Assembly: GCA_000708835.1 (NCBI GenBank)
Contig: DF237298.1
Location: 1 to 64,000 of the forward strand
Length of the DNA: 64,000 nucleotides
DNA from: Klebsormidium nitens
Lineage: Eukaryota; Plantae; Klebsormidiophyceae
Direction of reading: 5' to 3'
A program made the translations under genes and the position numbers. Positions 12,159-26,500 of the stretch are shown piece by piece (the first letter of the stretch is position 1; each line of letters begins with the position of its first letter). Below the pieces are notes generated by a model. That model searched no databases, was not told where the DNA came from, and was given only the letters and a program-made list of their open reading frames with translations.

Positions 12159-14405
12159 TCTGTATTGCTGACAGACCCCTCAAAAGAGCACAGTAGAAGT
12201 GCTTGCGCGCTTATGGTATTGTCCACTTTCCCTTCTCCAGGCACCTCTAGCAGCCTATGCAGGCGCTCCTGAGCTGCGCAAGTGCAACAACTTGACGATT
12301 GTTGGCATTGAACTCGGCACAGCTGGCTCTACCAGAGGCCAGTCTCTGCACATGGTGCACTTTCTAGTCGGACCGGGAGAGAAGCCTGGATTTCGGTGGA
12401 AACTTTGACACGCGCCCGAGGAAAATTCGTGCCACACTTGGTTAGCAAGGATTGCGGTTACAAGCAGGTTAGATTCTAGAAGCGCGCGCGATACCTGAGT
12501 GGTCTCGTGCGGCTTAGTTAAGTTACAGTAGAACTGATTGCTCTAACTGAAGAACGCCGACCGGTCACAAATACACCTCGTCACACCGGAATATGTGGCT
12601 GTCTTCGACCGAAAGTCAATCTGCATCATGCACGTCATTTCCCCGAGATGTACGGAACTGTCAACTCGTCCTGCCTGACCTGACGTCAGCTGAGTATTCT
12701 GGGTCAAACAAACCGAAAAAGAATTGCCCCGATAACCCTGCACAAATAGTGGGGATGGACAGAAGGTTTTCTCAAACAGTATTCGCCACGTCAGCGAGCA
12801 TCTTACAGTGACGAGAGCAATGGCGTCAATATGACGCTCATCAGAGTCAGGGAGCCAGGGGACGGCCCGCCGCCGGGCGCTCAGGCTTCTTCCCCAAAAC
12901 TTTATGGGCTGCGCAAAAAATTCTAGATAAAGGAAGGGCGCCAAGCTGGCTAGGTAGCCTGCAGCAGGCTGGCCGCCTGCAGCTGCTTCATAGGAGCATC
13001 AATGTGCCCTGGGAACCCCATATCATCAGCTTTTTCTGACGAACTCAGCTTAGGGGTAGCCACATTCCATGTAGGTAGAGCTGAGCTCTAACAATGTCAC
13101 CTGCATCGCTGCAAAAGGAAATGCTGTCTTACGCCATCTGACACTGATATCAAAAGCTGACCTTTGTCAAGGTGGGGTGAGCTGGACCCTCCAAGAGGTT
13201 TTTCCAGCATTTGAGCACTTCTACCAGGAGGATATTAAACTTGGAGGTTGAGTTTCCGGCTGCTGGTCGCCCCTAGATCGAGATTGGAAGCCTTCTCAAG
13301 TCACCCAAGTGTCATCATTGAGTGTAGTCGTGTCTTTCGATTCTGGAGGAAAGTGCACGGCGAGTGACTCCAAGAGCGAACTTACGGTTCCTCTCACCTA
13401 CATTGCAAACAGCAGGTCACGGTCTATGGTGGTGCATTATCCGAGCGCAGAATCTCTCTATCAGGTATAGATCTAATTTAAGTCTGGTCCTGTCTTGTTG
13501 AGTCACACCATCGATGGCTAGCAAATCAACGATGGAGGTGCGAGCTTCACGGAAGGCTTTGCTCATCTCGATTGCAGTCTGCAACACCTGGATGTGCGTC
13601 CAGGGGTACTCCTCTGATGGTGAGCATTCATCCTAGCAAAGTGTACATCGCAAGTTGATCAAGTGCTCGATTTAGAGTTGAAAGCGTACTCTATCATGTA
13701 CCAAAAGTGGTGCTCTTTTGAGTGCAACATGTCGTGAGAATACCCAATTGCCTTACTATATTTAATGGCAGCTGCAATCCTATTGTGTGGCCTGGAAAGC
13801 CGTGACTTTTGGGGCGCTTCCCCTCGCGCCAGTTTTCTATCATTCGCCCCCAATTGACTCAGGCTGCAATGGACCGCTCAGGACAGCTGTAAGGTCTCTA
13901 CTAAGACGATCAGGGAGATTCAGAAAACCAAGTCTGGCAAAACCAGCCTTGTTCTCACAGGGGCAAGAAAGAAGTGGCTTATTTAAAGGTGCACTCCCTC
14001 TCAAGCCAGTGCTTCTACAAATTCCTTAGTAGAACAGCGCTCCCCTCTGAGTTTCTTACAGGAGTTCAACCCCGAGTGCAGAAAGTTGTTGCAGTCTCAA
14101 CTTTTGCACTTTGACATACTTAATTTTGCAGTCAAGTGCTTGCATTGACTGGATCAATGTTTGAGGCTTAAACATGTGCTCAAAGTAACCCCAAGCTGTT
14201 TCTTTTAAGCAAACCAGAGCTGGCGGAGATGACTTCCAGTGCAGAGTTCTCCCCGTATCGCTCTATTTGACCAGATCCGGACATTGAGCTTGGGGACTGG
14301 TCTTGGGACCTTGCATCAGTTGTTTCCACCTTCGTTCCCGAAACAATGCGGAGAGTGATTACACAAATAGAGCAAGCTATAAAGCGTGGTCTCTCTCATC
14401 TGCAG

Positions 14406-17400
14406 TGGACGCTCTCTTAGAGGTGAAGGATGCGATGGGAGGACCGTCGAGAGCTTTTGTTTCTTGGGATCCTGACACGGATCCTTGCAATACAACGTGG
14501 TTGGGAGTGAGGTGCACAAGAGACCGAGTCACCAGCCTGTGAGTCTTCCCTCTCTTGCACCGAATCTCAGGGTCTGCATCAACCAGAGTTTTCCCTATCC
14601 CCAGCCCTTCTATGTCGTGACCAATTATGAGGAAGTACCGTACTCTCTGCTTTAAGTCCAATCCCAGGACCTACCTTGCGAATCTCGTCATTGTGCTGTA
14701 CTTGGTGCAGCCTCCTCTTGAGTCTGCATTAGTCACAGACCATCTTAATGTGCGTTGAGATGACGCTACATACGGGATTGAAGATGGTTATAGTTGCTGC
14801 CAAACCATAGCATAATCTTCCACCCTTTGAAAGTGTCGATCGGTATACTTGAAGAGAAGACCCCGAGCTTCACTTTCGTATATGACACCCTACATTCAGA
14901 TTTTTCGAAATTGTCCACTCGCAGGCTCGCTTTGGGGGACCCCTTGTCGCTCTGCCGTTACAACTACCTCACTCACGACTAAGCTGATCCCCCAGACTTT
15001 ATACCGCTGAGAAGACTTTGCTGCCATCACTCTCGACTCTCTGTCATCACTGCCAGCTTGCTGACGTCAGCAACGCTTTTTCTGCAGGGTTCTTGATAAC
15101 CAGACCCTGGACGGCACGGTGTCGCCGTCCATTGCAGCACTCACAGAGCTCACCACTCTAGTTCTCAACTACAATCGGCTTGGCGGCGTGGTTCCCGACA
15201 TGTTTGGAAACATGACCAACCTGCGATTTCTGTAAGTTGTCTTGCCTTTCCGTAGCCGCTTGAGGTCGCAGGATCGACATGTCCTAGAATCATTAGGCTT
15301 TGAGGCTTTTGAGGTCCGCCCCATGATTGAAAGCTCGGAGGTTGGTCAAGAAACATCCCTGAACACACGTTCAGCAGCCAGTCTGCGGTAATGTGAACCG
15401 CTGCTCTTCAACACTCTGGAATCCGTGAAAGCTTAGTTCTGAGGTGGGAAAGTCGGATCAGCGTGTTTTATGTTGAAATGTGGCAAGATATCAACGCCCT
15501 TATTCTGCTTCTGCTCATCCGTTTGGTGCTTTGCGTATTCCTTACTGCTGAAGCTCTCCCTGGTCTGGGTTGGAGGCAGTTCTGGAATCACAACAAAGAT
15601 GTCATCTCACTTTCGTGCCGATGCAGGGACCTTTCTCAGAACCGATTTGGGGGCCGCATTCCGCCTAGCCTCGGAAACGCCTCCAATCTTATAGCGATGT
15701 GAGCCTCAAAATTTCCCGCCGTTCTCTGTTGCGAATTCTTTTGCTCCAGGTTTCCGGCTTTCAGGGGTTAGGGTTTCAGAGCCCCAGAAACTATGACATT
15801 CTGTACTGTTGGAATTCAGCACTTCAAACGGAGCACCCCCCCGTCAGAGACAGTCTCCCTAGCGGTGCTTTCAGACCCAAGGTGCATTTCTGATCGCTTC
15901 GAAAAGACGACAGGAGATGACGAAAATCGTCACAGGGGCCGTGTCTCGAGTCTGTAATATAGACCTGTAATCATCCATCTTCTCGTTGACTAGACGCCTT
16001 CGAAGCAGTTCCAAGAATGTTTCACAGAGTTGTGTAGCACAAAGCAGGGTTGAGCTCGAGGATAGCTTGCTTATCCGATCTTCCTGTCAGCTGTCCAAAA
16101 ACTCGGGTAAGAATATCATAAGCGGAAGCGGAAGGCGCATACCTTAGCCGTAGATTAAACCATTATCTGCTTCGTGCCCGAGATACGGCAAGTCCACCTT
16201 TAAGAGCCATAGATTCTCCGCGCCACATTGGCTCCCAACTTCACTGAGCACCTAAAAAGGAATATGCTTGGGAAGATTCTTCGGAAGCGCTTCGTTGACG
16301 GATTCCGCTCTCGCAGCCGTAGAACACTGTGATAAACCAACCAGAGCGTCTCGACGCCGTTCTAGAGGAAGATGATACACGGAAACAAGATTAACCAGAG
16401 CATCCCAACGTCGTTCTAGAGAACAGACTGCACGAGAACATGTTTACCAAGCGCTTTTGCTGACGACATCCGCTTCCCTTTCGCAGCGTGTTGAGCTCCA
16501 ACAACTTCAACCAGAGCATCCCGACGTCGTTTGCCAGCCTGACGAAGCTGCAGTCGCTGAATGTGTCCAGTAACGATCTGCACGGAGCGTTTTTCGCACC
16601 GCTAGTCACACTGCCAGCTGTTCGAATACTGTGAGTTGCGTGTCGCTGCGTCCCAACAAAGGTGGTTGTCGAGATACTATGCGCCGGGGCCCTCGCTTGC
16701 GACGCGAATCTTTTAAAATCGTCGGGTTTCGACTAATTCGCTCGGAATCGCGCCGTTATGCCGTTCGGGAACGCGGAAGGTGGGAAGATTGTACACCGAA
16801 CGCTGCCCTCTAAAATCGCGACGCGGGTTTGAACGTCAGCGGCTTCCACTCGACGGCCTTTTGGTTCCTTAAAAAACCAAATGTTGTCTTTTTTACCCGT
16901 CACGCGACATCTGGGCGTTAGCACCGGAAGCATGACGTCAGGCGTGACGGGTCAGAAAGTGAATCCAATTGCACAGTGGACGAAGCAGAACAGTGACGTT
17001 GCCGTTTGTGTGCAGGGACTTATCCACAAACTCCATCAACGGAACCCTCCCAAACGTCAACGTCTCTTCGAGCCTAACTCTCCTGTAAGCCCCTTCGCCG
17101 TCCTTTTTTGCCTCCCTGTGAATTGGCACTTCGAGCGAGTTCGACCCGGTTTTCGTAAAGCATATATGTCCATTGCTTCATGTGAATTGAACCTTCGACC
17201 CGGTTTGAATGACACACAATAGTTCGTCTGAAGGTAGTATGGCCCCTACATTCAGGCGCCATATCGGCATCACAGAGTCCGGCTAGCTTCACCTAATGGG
17301 CGACTCCGAAGAGCAGAACACCACCTGCATGTCGCCCAAACACTGACATCTCCTCCAGCAGTCATTGGGGAAAGCGCTCCCCCAGACATTGCGACGACTC

Positions 17401-20400
17401 CCTCCTTTGCTTTGTCTCGATCTAGTTTCGAGCCGTCCTGTTCTATGCGCAGGAACGTGGAAAATAACCGACTAAGCGGGACGATCCCACGGGCTTATGT
17501 GTCCGACGGTCTCACCCTCCGGTAAGTCGCAGCGCAAACGCTCGCTCTCTCGGTGCCTGGCTGCTGTGCGTCACCACTGTCATTCGCTGCGCCTGGCGCT
17601 CTTTAAGATTGTAAGTTTGTCTTTGTCGATTTGCCTGTGACTCAATTTCCGAAGTCTGAAGGCCACTGGTCTATGGAACTCAAGAAGGATAACAATAAGC
17701 TCCGACCACTGAAAACCTTAACCCAAAAAAGATACCTTCTCCGCACCCCTGCCTCCCCTAACCACCAACCTAACCAGACCCGTCCCAGTGCGGTGACCTC
17801 ATTGTCGTCTTGACTTATTCTACTTCTTTTAGAGTTTGATTACTGGTCAGTCTCCAGCACATTATCCTGAACTCAAGGTTGGTCTTATAAGGACTCCAGA
17901 TAATTTAGCACTGAAGCCTCTGTTTTCGAACCTTTTTGTTTGCTGAGGCACTGGCTACGCTACCTTTCTTCCTCAGCCCCCCCAAACACTATTTGACAAA
18001 GGAGACAGCCAGAGGTTCGTCCGGGGCGTGCTTGGATGGAAAAAGTATCTTACCACAAAACTCGCTCGTGAATCTCAGCCCGGATTGGAGAGTGCAGTTC
18101 TGCAACTCTGGTGTTCGATCATATGGTGGTCATTAAGTTCACCGCTTCTTTTCAAGTCGAGACACAGCCAGGTTGAGCAATCTTCGTGCCCGGGTGACGG
18201 GTGGGAATAGCTTGGGGTGTACACTTCGGTTCTTTCCTTGGGCTTTGGGTGGAGTTGCAACAAATCTGATGAAATTCTCTACCTTACCTTCCGATTTAAT
18301 CATAGCCCATCCGAGCTGCTTGTTTCTTAGATGGAGTGGAACCAAACGGGTAAATCTACTTCTAGGCTTTTGGTTCGATTCAGTACGTCCCTGTGGTCTC
18401 AGTTTGGTATCTAACATGGCTCAGCTCAACCTGAATTTGAGACTTCTTTCCCGTCGCCCCTGCTGCAGTTTCTTTGGCTTTAATTGACTATCAACGCTTT
18501 CCGCAAACCACTGACAGCCGTAGCTTGTTGTGTAAGCAACATTTTGGGTTACAGCCAGGTCAAACTGAAACCTTTAAAGACCTTGATTAAAGAAGAAGAA
18601 ACCTGCCGCAGTTTCTCTGGCAACTCCAACCTGCGCCTCCCAGCCAGCCTCGCCCCAGCTCCTGCCCCCGTTCCAAAACCCCCGCCGCCGCCGCCACCAG
18701 AGGTTGCCACGTCACCAGCGCCCGAAAGTTCCACGTCACCAGCGCCCGCTCCTCAGCCGCCGGCTGTCAGCATTCCTGCAGCCACTCCCCCGATAGTGAC
18801 GGCGACGCCTAAACCCGCGGTTACGTTAAACCCGACGGTTAACTCGGTGGTTGCTACCCCGCAGTCGGCGAACCAGAGCTCGACAGCTGGCAAAGGTGAG
18901 GGTTCAACCTGGGTGACATATCTTGGCTTCGGGTCGTTTTATGCGCTGGGGCAGTGTGCCAAGTCAAGTTTGAAGTTGTGAAGGTGCAGAGGATGCGGAA
19001 GGGCGGTTAATGTCAAGTTTCTTACATACTTGCTAAGAGCGTTGCCTTACAGCATACCGGTAAGGAGATGCTTTGTTGAACTCGAACCGGCTAATAAAAT
19101 GTTTTAATTGTTGTCGTTGTGTCCAGACGGCGGGGGCTCCAACACCGGCGTCATCGTCGGGTCTTCGGTAGGAGTGGCGTTGGCGGCCGGTGTCATTGTG
19201 GCGGCTCTGCTTGCGCTTCTGGCGCTCAGAAGGCGGCGCCGCGCAGGCGCGGAGTCCGCGGCCTACTTGCCCACGACGACAAAAGGTGAGCAACCGCCAA
19301 CGCTCTTCTCTTTGTACACCTTGGGATCTATATTGACTGTACGCCTTGAGGTTTGCGTGATCGGGAGGATTTTTGGGTTAGGGTGCGCGAGCTCGGAAAC
19401 CTTCGGTACAGTTCCTTTCGGCGCACTAGCAGGGGATGTGGTTCCACACAGCTTGCGACGGCGCATATGCCTCAAGCCCGTCCGGCTCAGCTTCGCATCT
19501 GCAAACGCTCCAGCGTACGGCCTGCATATTCTTACGAAGGGTTCCGGCATTAGCATGTCTACACATGAGTTTTAAGAGGCCATGTGCGGGTAAATCCTAC
19601 CGGGGTCACGTATCCGGAGGCACTTCCTATACGACGTTTCCATGCTGCCCGCAGCGCATCTCCTGCAGACCCTCGACCAGTGCGGAAGAAACTGTGCGAG
19701 ATGCTTGTCATACCACCCCTTCATTTCCCTTTCATCTCTCTGTCCTAGAGGGGTATTCACATTGGTCCCGTGCGCTACCTTGCAGACACGTGGCAGCCGT
19801 TTCCGGACACGAGGCCGGTGACCCGGGGCTACGGGGGCGCTCGGATCTATCCGCTGCCGATGCTCATGCGAGGAACGCACGGCTTTGCAGATTCACAGCA
19901 GGTACGGGGCTCCTCTTTCTTCTCGCAGATCCTACGCGATGCTATCATGGTGTTAAGCATGAATGTATTCGAATCCAAGCCTTTAGAGTGCTTTCCTGCT
20001 GCTTTCCTACTGCTTCGATTCCTCTCTTCCAAACTTTCACAAAGTTCTTCCGTCGCATCAAAGTATGGGCATATCCGGATGTGTTTGCGTGCGTTCTGAG
20101 GATTCTTGCACCTTTGAAATCATAGGTTCTCGCGGTTGGTTTTGCGTGCCCCCTTTCCCCCTTTTTTTCGTGGTCTAGTTCCAGACGCGGGGTCTCCGGG
20201 ACCCTACAAAGAATGCAGGTACTCTCAGTCGCCCTTCCTTATAAACGACCCCTGTCTCAAGACAAAAGCTTGTCTGCCGAGTGCCTCTTCCATATATAGA
20301 AAGCATTTCCCTCCTTTTCTTCCCAGGTCGGAACCAGTCCCGGCAACAAAGTATACCTCGCCACGCTGCCAGAGAGCGATCCACTGCTCGTCAAACGGAG

Positions 20401-22191
20401 GGATCCCGCAATCGCGGGCTTCCAGTCCAAGTCCGAGTTCGAGAAAGAGGTCGAGGAGCTGGGCCGTCTGAACCACCGGAACCTGGTCAGTATGTTACCC
20501 AGCTTTTTGGCCCACTTTTGTCCGGTGCCTCCGCGTGAGAATTGATGCAGGAGGATGCAAATCTCTCCACTTAGAGACTCTCGCCTCAATTGTTACAGGA
20601 CTTCATTCTTGTGACATATATATCGGACGCCTCTCCAATTGTTTTGGCTTCACAACATTGATGTCTCTTTGCTTTTGACGTTCTTCTGAGCAAAGCCTTT
20701 GTGTAGACGGTCACTTAATTTGCCGTCGCAGCTTCTTTCTGATGTTCCCGCCAGTACGTTTTTCCCATTCCAGAGAACAGATAAGCTATTAACGCCGAAG
20801 ATAAAATGCTACCCGTGTCCGGGCCCTTTTGTGACCTCTCGGCGCCTCTTTCCAGGTCCCCCTCGCGGGCTGCTGCGACGACGACAAGGAGCGCATCCTC
20901 ATCTTCGCGGCCCCAGCCACCACCACTCTCCGCGACCACCTCCGCCCCGACAGTGTAAACACCCCCGCCCAGTCCCCTGACTGGGCCGCACGCCTTGAGA
21001 TCGCTTCGGGCATCGTGGGCGCCCTCGCCTATTTACACTCCAAATCCTCCCCCGAGCGCTTATACGAGGAGCTCGCGTCCACGTCCGTGATCCTGGACGA
21101 TAGCTTATGGCCAAGGCTGGCAGATTTCCACCTCGAGGGGGGTGCGGATCCGGAAAGCCCACTGTCGAGCAGCGGGCGTAGCTTGCCGCGTACTCCTTCG
21201 GGGGGGCGCCGGCAAGGCGGTTCTGATGGGGGGTGTTCCGGGGGACCGAAATCTGTTCACGCCGACGTGTACAATTTCGGAATGATCTTGCTGGAGCTGC
21301 TGGCGGGCCGGCCGCTCTTTTTGGCGGGCGTTCCTGTGGACAAGCGGAATCTCGCGAGCTGGGTGAGGGATCCCCCAAGTTCACAAAGGGTCCAGGTTTC
21401 AGTCCTTTGAGTGATATTGTCACCCGAAAACGGGAAGCTCCAAAGCATTCTCTGGAGGAATCTGAATACGACAGGCTCCGCCGGCGACCGGGTCCAACTT
21501 GCCCCCGCCGATAGGAGGCTTTCAGGAGGAATGTTATGACGTGTATCGTTTTTTGTGTTGTTCATATTGGCTTGTTCTTTCAGCAATTCAAAATGCCTGC
21601 GAACTGACTGGTCCATACGGGCGCCGGCATCAATCGCAGATGTGTCTCCTAGCCAGATCTTCGGACTTCAAAAGGCTGCAGTCTAGAACCCCATTGAGCG
21701 TCTACGCGGATAAGTGTTGAAAGCATGCAAAGTAGGGGGATTGAAAACCCTGTGAATGGGCACATCGCTACCGCCGCTCAAACGTAGCTTCGCTTTCGCA
21801 GGTCCCTCCGTTGCTGAGCGTGCGGGATTACGACTCGTTTCTCGACCCACAACTCGCGGGCGACTGCACGGAGCTCTCCCTCTCGGGCCTCTGCGATCTG
21901 GCGCAGGACTGCATCTCCGACCAAGAGATGGTCCGCCCATCGCTTCCCGAAATCCAGCGGCGGCTTGCGCGGTGCGTGAGCCTCCAGAACCGGAACGACC
22001 GGACGGAAAGCGGATTCCGGCCATCGCCCCGGGTGGGATTCTCGAAAGAGAAGGGGTGGGAAGAGGAGGATGAGTACGAAGTGCGAGATTTGCCCGACGG
22101 TGTGCCGATCGGACAGGGGCTTGGGCGAGCGGCTTGGGACGCGGTGGGGCCTTCGTCGGGCGGGACGAGCGATGCAGGGTCAACGCGGTGA
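14406..22191 (+). CDS. LRR receptor-like kinase with degenerate (pseudo)kinase domain. Exons 14406-14538, 15088-15231, 15627-15698, 16487-16630, 17453-17521, 18612-18895, 19127-19285, 19786-19901, 20327-20485, 20856-21362, 21802-22191. The signal-peptide first exon was not located.
   Basis: LRRNT (DALLEVK...WDPDTDPCNTTWLGVRC) and plant LRRs (LxLxxNxLxGxxP) sit in 133/144/72/144/69-nt exons. A Pro-rich stalk, a TM helix (VIVGSSVGVALAAGVIVAALLALLAL-RRRRR) and a kinase fold (EFEKEVEELGRLNHRNL, RLEIASGI, DVYNFGMILLELLAGR, RP) follow. Junction phases are consistent. Confidence 0.9.
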
Positions 22192-23316
22192 CGTTCCTAT
22201 AGGATGCAATATCTGGTTGTTCAGGCGGTAGACGGCTGACAGACAACGTATCGAACAATTGGCAAAAGCACACAGTGGCAAAAGCATACTGGATTCGGGA
22301 TAGTAGCGAGTGAACGAACGACGAAGGGCAGGGCTGGAGAAAGCCATGTATATTGTTGAATAAGTTATTCTGCAAGAAGCGTTTTTGCGGTAGAGTATCT
22401 GGAGCAGATTCCGGGTGTTGTGAGTCTATAACTTGGCCGGTGGGAGATGCTGATAGTGGTGCTTGACAGTACTGGCTGGTAGCTAACCTTAGAACCGGGT
22501 GTCCGTGCAGCAGATGTCCAGCAAGTTGCGAAGTCAAGACCTTCTCCGTTCAGAGTCGCTGCAATTTCTTTGTCATCATTCGATCTTGGCATCAGGACAT
22601 CATATGACATTTACTGAGTCAGGACATTATAGGTATGTGATGGGACTTGAGCGCAGGTGCGGCTGTGCACCATCCGACATGGCCCCTTAAGTTTTCTTCG
22701 ACTCCGACTGAGATATGCCTGAGACATTCAGAACGCCCGATCAGATACGCCCGGCTCATTGCAAGGATCCTCGGACGGTGTGTGTGCAGGACTTCTTAGA
22801 TGAGGTTGCAGCAGGATTTAAGGAGGCTGCTAACATGTCGAGCTCTAGCTCTTTTCCCTGCATGGGCAATGGGCAAGCTCACATGAGGAACATGAATGCC
22901 AGCTTGCCATAATCTGCGACGGTGATGTTGAAACTTGAGACTGATGTGCGGCCTGAAAGCCGTAATTTTTGGAAAGCCTGTCGTTCAACACTGCATGCAT
23001 TTAACATTACCATCGTGGCACAGCATGCACGTACCAGATTGACGACGCGGGCCGGGCTGCGGCCACTGTTGCACACTGCTGCCATGCAGCCGCCGCGCGC
23101 CATCAAGCCCTGCGCCGCGGCCGCGCCCGGGTGGCCGCACGCGCAGCCGCGGCAGGTCCGATATTGACTCGGACGGGTCAGGAAGGCCGTGCGCGCCTTG
23201 AGATCTGCGCCCACGATCCACCGGCAATCAGCTCTAGGCAAATCATCGACGGTCCGATTTGCTTTCATACCCAGCGAAGGTCGAACACCGCCATTGAAGT
23301 GGGGGATCATCCGCTT

Positions 23317-23343
23317 CACGTGAATGCATGGCAGAAGCCACGT
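23317..23343 (+). promoter_or_regulatory. G-box (CACGTG) and ABRE-like (GCCACGT) pair upstream of the USP gene
   Basis: CACGTG at 23317-23322 and GCCACGT at 23337-23343, about 160-190 bp upstream of the ATG. These are short motifs and chance occurrence is possible. Confidence 0.35.
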
Positions 23344-23504
23344 CAGCAGGGAGATTCTGGGACTCTTTATCCGGACTGGGAAGCTTGAGCAGTGAGCACA
23401 GCTCAAGTGAGGGAGACCAAACCAGAGATGCATTAAGCACATCAGGAAGGGGGAGTCGTCTTCTCATAAGGCTCAGGAGGCGTCCTGAAGCATCCATTAT
23501 CAAC

Positions 23505-26500
23505 ATGGCCAAGCGGAGCGTTCTCCTTGCAATCGATAAATCGAAGGTAAGACCCCGGCCGGTAGGACTTGCAAACAGGCCGCCAAGGGTTTCAGCTGGC
23601 CGACTTGCTTCTTTCTAGCTGCAGGGGATCCTGGCTCTTAGAGTTTTTCAAGTTGCAACTTTTTCCAGCTCCCATTTCAGCTGCATGAAAACATTGACAC
23701 AATGTTTCAGGTCAAGCATTTATTGTCAAATGTGCTATGGATTGCTGCAACATGCATTGGTAGCTTGCACTGCCGCGAAATGAGAACCCTCTCTCTTCAG
23801 AAGGATTCCGACTAGAGCTTCTCAGTCTCACACTCCTTTTACTTGATGCGTCATATATGTCGGTGTAACTTGGCATTAACAGGAGGTCTGTAGCCCCCAT
23901 CTCTGCAGAGCGCCTAGTAAGGTTCACTCTCTGAAACGTCAGAGGTTGCGCCTATTCACCATGCCTGTGCTTGTCTCCACCAATTCCCCGGTGTTTCGAT
24001 GGCAAATCAGATGTTTCGATATGATCTCTTACACATCAATGAGGATCAGGATCTAAATCTGTGGAGACCTACAACAGAGAGAGTCAGCATGTAATGTTTG
24101 GTTAGCAACTTATGCAATACACCGCAGACTGGCACATGGAGAGTATGGAGATCCCTCATGTTACTTCCACAGAAAGGTCGTTTGCTGGCTGAAGCTCTGC
24201 AATTCTCAGTGCTTTCGTAAAAGAGCTGGTGCAAAGTTCAACTGCTTTCCACTCCTGCCAATTCCTTTGGAAAAACAACAGGCGTCAGCAAATCTTGTTC
24301 CCCCATGTAAGGAAGCGCGGTAGTCTGCCTGAGGCCCAGATGTTTTGCAACCCCCACTATTCAACCAGATACTGAACGTCTTTGTTCGGACTCAGGAAGC
24401 GGCATATGCCGTTGACTGGGCGCTGGAGAATCTTATCCGGCCAGATGATCAGGTCACGCTGCTGTATGTAGCAAAGTCTGGGGGTAAGCCTCGAAACTTG
24501 ATAGGAATACATGAGAACGCCAGGAAGGATCAGTGCGCCTAGTGAGCTCTCCTGTTGCATCCTGTATATATTTACTCGCTAAGTTGGCCCTCATTGCTCT
24601 GATCGAGAACCGCTCTTTTAAAGCAGTCCTTATTTTGGGTGCTTGCACGAGCAGTCCTGCTTGGGTAGAGGAGAAAGTCGACAGCTGCTAGGTAAAAAAG
24701 CGTTTAAAGACTTGTTGGGTCTTCCTTTGCTTCTTCCCGCAAACATTCTACACAAGAACCCCTCACTAGCCAGCTTGTATTGGCTCTCGCAATTTTGTTT
24801 TCATTGGTTCCTTTACAGGGTGCATTGATCAGGAGTAGAGACTCTGTACATTGTTGTGCTTCTTCTCATAATGGTCTGGATTAGGGGCTTAGTCAGCTCT
24901 GTTCAGAGCTATGATTTCACTCACAATGTGGCGCTGAGAGAAAGAGGTCCTATTATCAAGAATGTGCCATTCACGGTCCCTATACCATCAGGTATCTGCC
25001 CAATGGATGAGCGCCTTCGTGCTGTTTTGCATGTCGTCGTTTTCTTCTCTTTTGCTTCCGTTGTTGAAGTACTTGTAGATTGAGGAGCACCTCTAAGCTT
25101 CCTCGGGCTTTGGAGAGCAGACCACAGAAGCTTCTCAGATGCAGAAAGATCACTTGCCCCAGTTCACAGTATCTCCTAATAAGGCGCATCATCTTTCGGA
25201 TGCAAACATGACACATTTGCCAACCTCTGCTCTTCCTCAGGGCTGCTTCGATCCAGCTCCAGTAAGAAGGCTGCCGAGGGTGCCGCAGAGGGCAAATCTG
25301 GTCTAGACTTCCTGGACGAAGCCGAGAACAAATTGCGCCAGAATGAGGTAAGCATAAGCGTTTGCAGCCTTCCATAGATGTCGTGAGCAAATACACCGAA
25401 CTTTCTGTTGTTCCAAAAGTCGCTGCGGTTGGTGTCGGTTTGCTTCGAGTCCCCTCCCGTTGGGAGCCTTGACATAGGGCAAAAGCACGCGGAGCGAAAT
25501 TCGGCCGGTCTGCCAACAGAGTTTCATTTCTCGTCTGGAGTCTTTACGCTGCACTCGCTGACTACATTTTTGTCGACTGGTTGTTTTCACCGCCTGGTTT
25601 CCCTGGCCTCTAAGTGCAAATGCCTCATAATTCTGGGTGCCAGTGTCCACTTTTGCAGCGTCGTTAGGGGCAGCGTAAGAGTATGAAAGCTTGCATGTCT
25701 TGACTCTGCAAGTCTGGAAGAGGTTTGAGAACTCGGAGAGCTTGACAGTGGATGTGCTGAAGTTGAAAGAGTGAGCTAGCGGCATGGTCAGAAATGCAGT
25801 GAGAGGAACAATTGGGTAATCAGCACATAGCCAGCTTAACGCCTTGTCAGGGTCGTCCTCTTGAGCCTTCTGAAAGACAGCGACACCCTGCGAAGGCTTA
25901 CCAAGCGGAGTTGAACCGTTTCGATGCTTTTGCAGGCGATTGAGGTGCATCGGATGGTAAGGAACGGAGACGCACGTGCCGAGATCGTGGCGGCCGCGGA
26001 GGAAATGAACGCGAGCATGCTCATCATGGGCAGCAGGGGGGCCACGCTGCTCAAAAAGTAAGGCTCCGAGCTTACTCGATTTTCTGATTCTCTGATCTTC
26101 TACTTGCTGATCAAGGAAGAAATGACAGAGCTCAGGTTTGACGAAAGAATTCGAAGGAGGTCCTTTGGCGGAAGAAGGCAAGCTCAGAGAAGGGCAGACA
26201 TGAAAAACGGTTGTCGTTTAGCCCTCCACTTTTGTTCTAGAGGGCGAAAAGCTCGTCGAAAGCTGTTTGCTTAGTAAGAATGCCACCAAACGGGGTCATG
26301 ACGTCATGAAGTCGTTTCCTCGATTGCACCGTACAGTTGGCCTCCGTGCCTTCCTTTTCAAAGCTGCTGCTGCTGCTTTCGCACTTTTTATTAAATGAGG
26401 CAAAAAGGTTCGCTCAAAATCTTCCCGATACTCCTTGCTAATGAAAGATACGAGAGACTCTTCGAATCCTCCAAATGGAAAGCCCTTGTTTTTCAAATGG

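Noticed and set aside
12990-13620. Coding-like minus-strand stretch (EEYPWTHIQVLQTAIEMSKAFREARTSIVDLL...)
   Set aside because: Multiple stops, under about 70 open codons and no homology recognisable by eye.
18700-18750. CCACGTCACCAGCGCCCG repeated twice in the RLK
   Set aside because: An ordinary in-frame repeat within the Pro/Ser/Thr-rich stalk exon.
23040-23160. Very GC-rich island between the RLK and USP genes
   Set aside because: No frame gives a recognisable motif. It may be a captured fragment, but this is unsupported.
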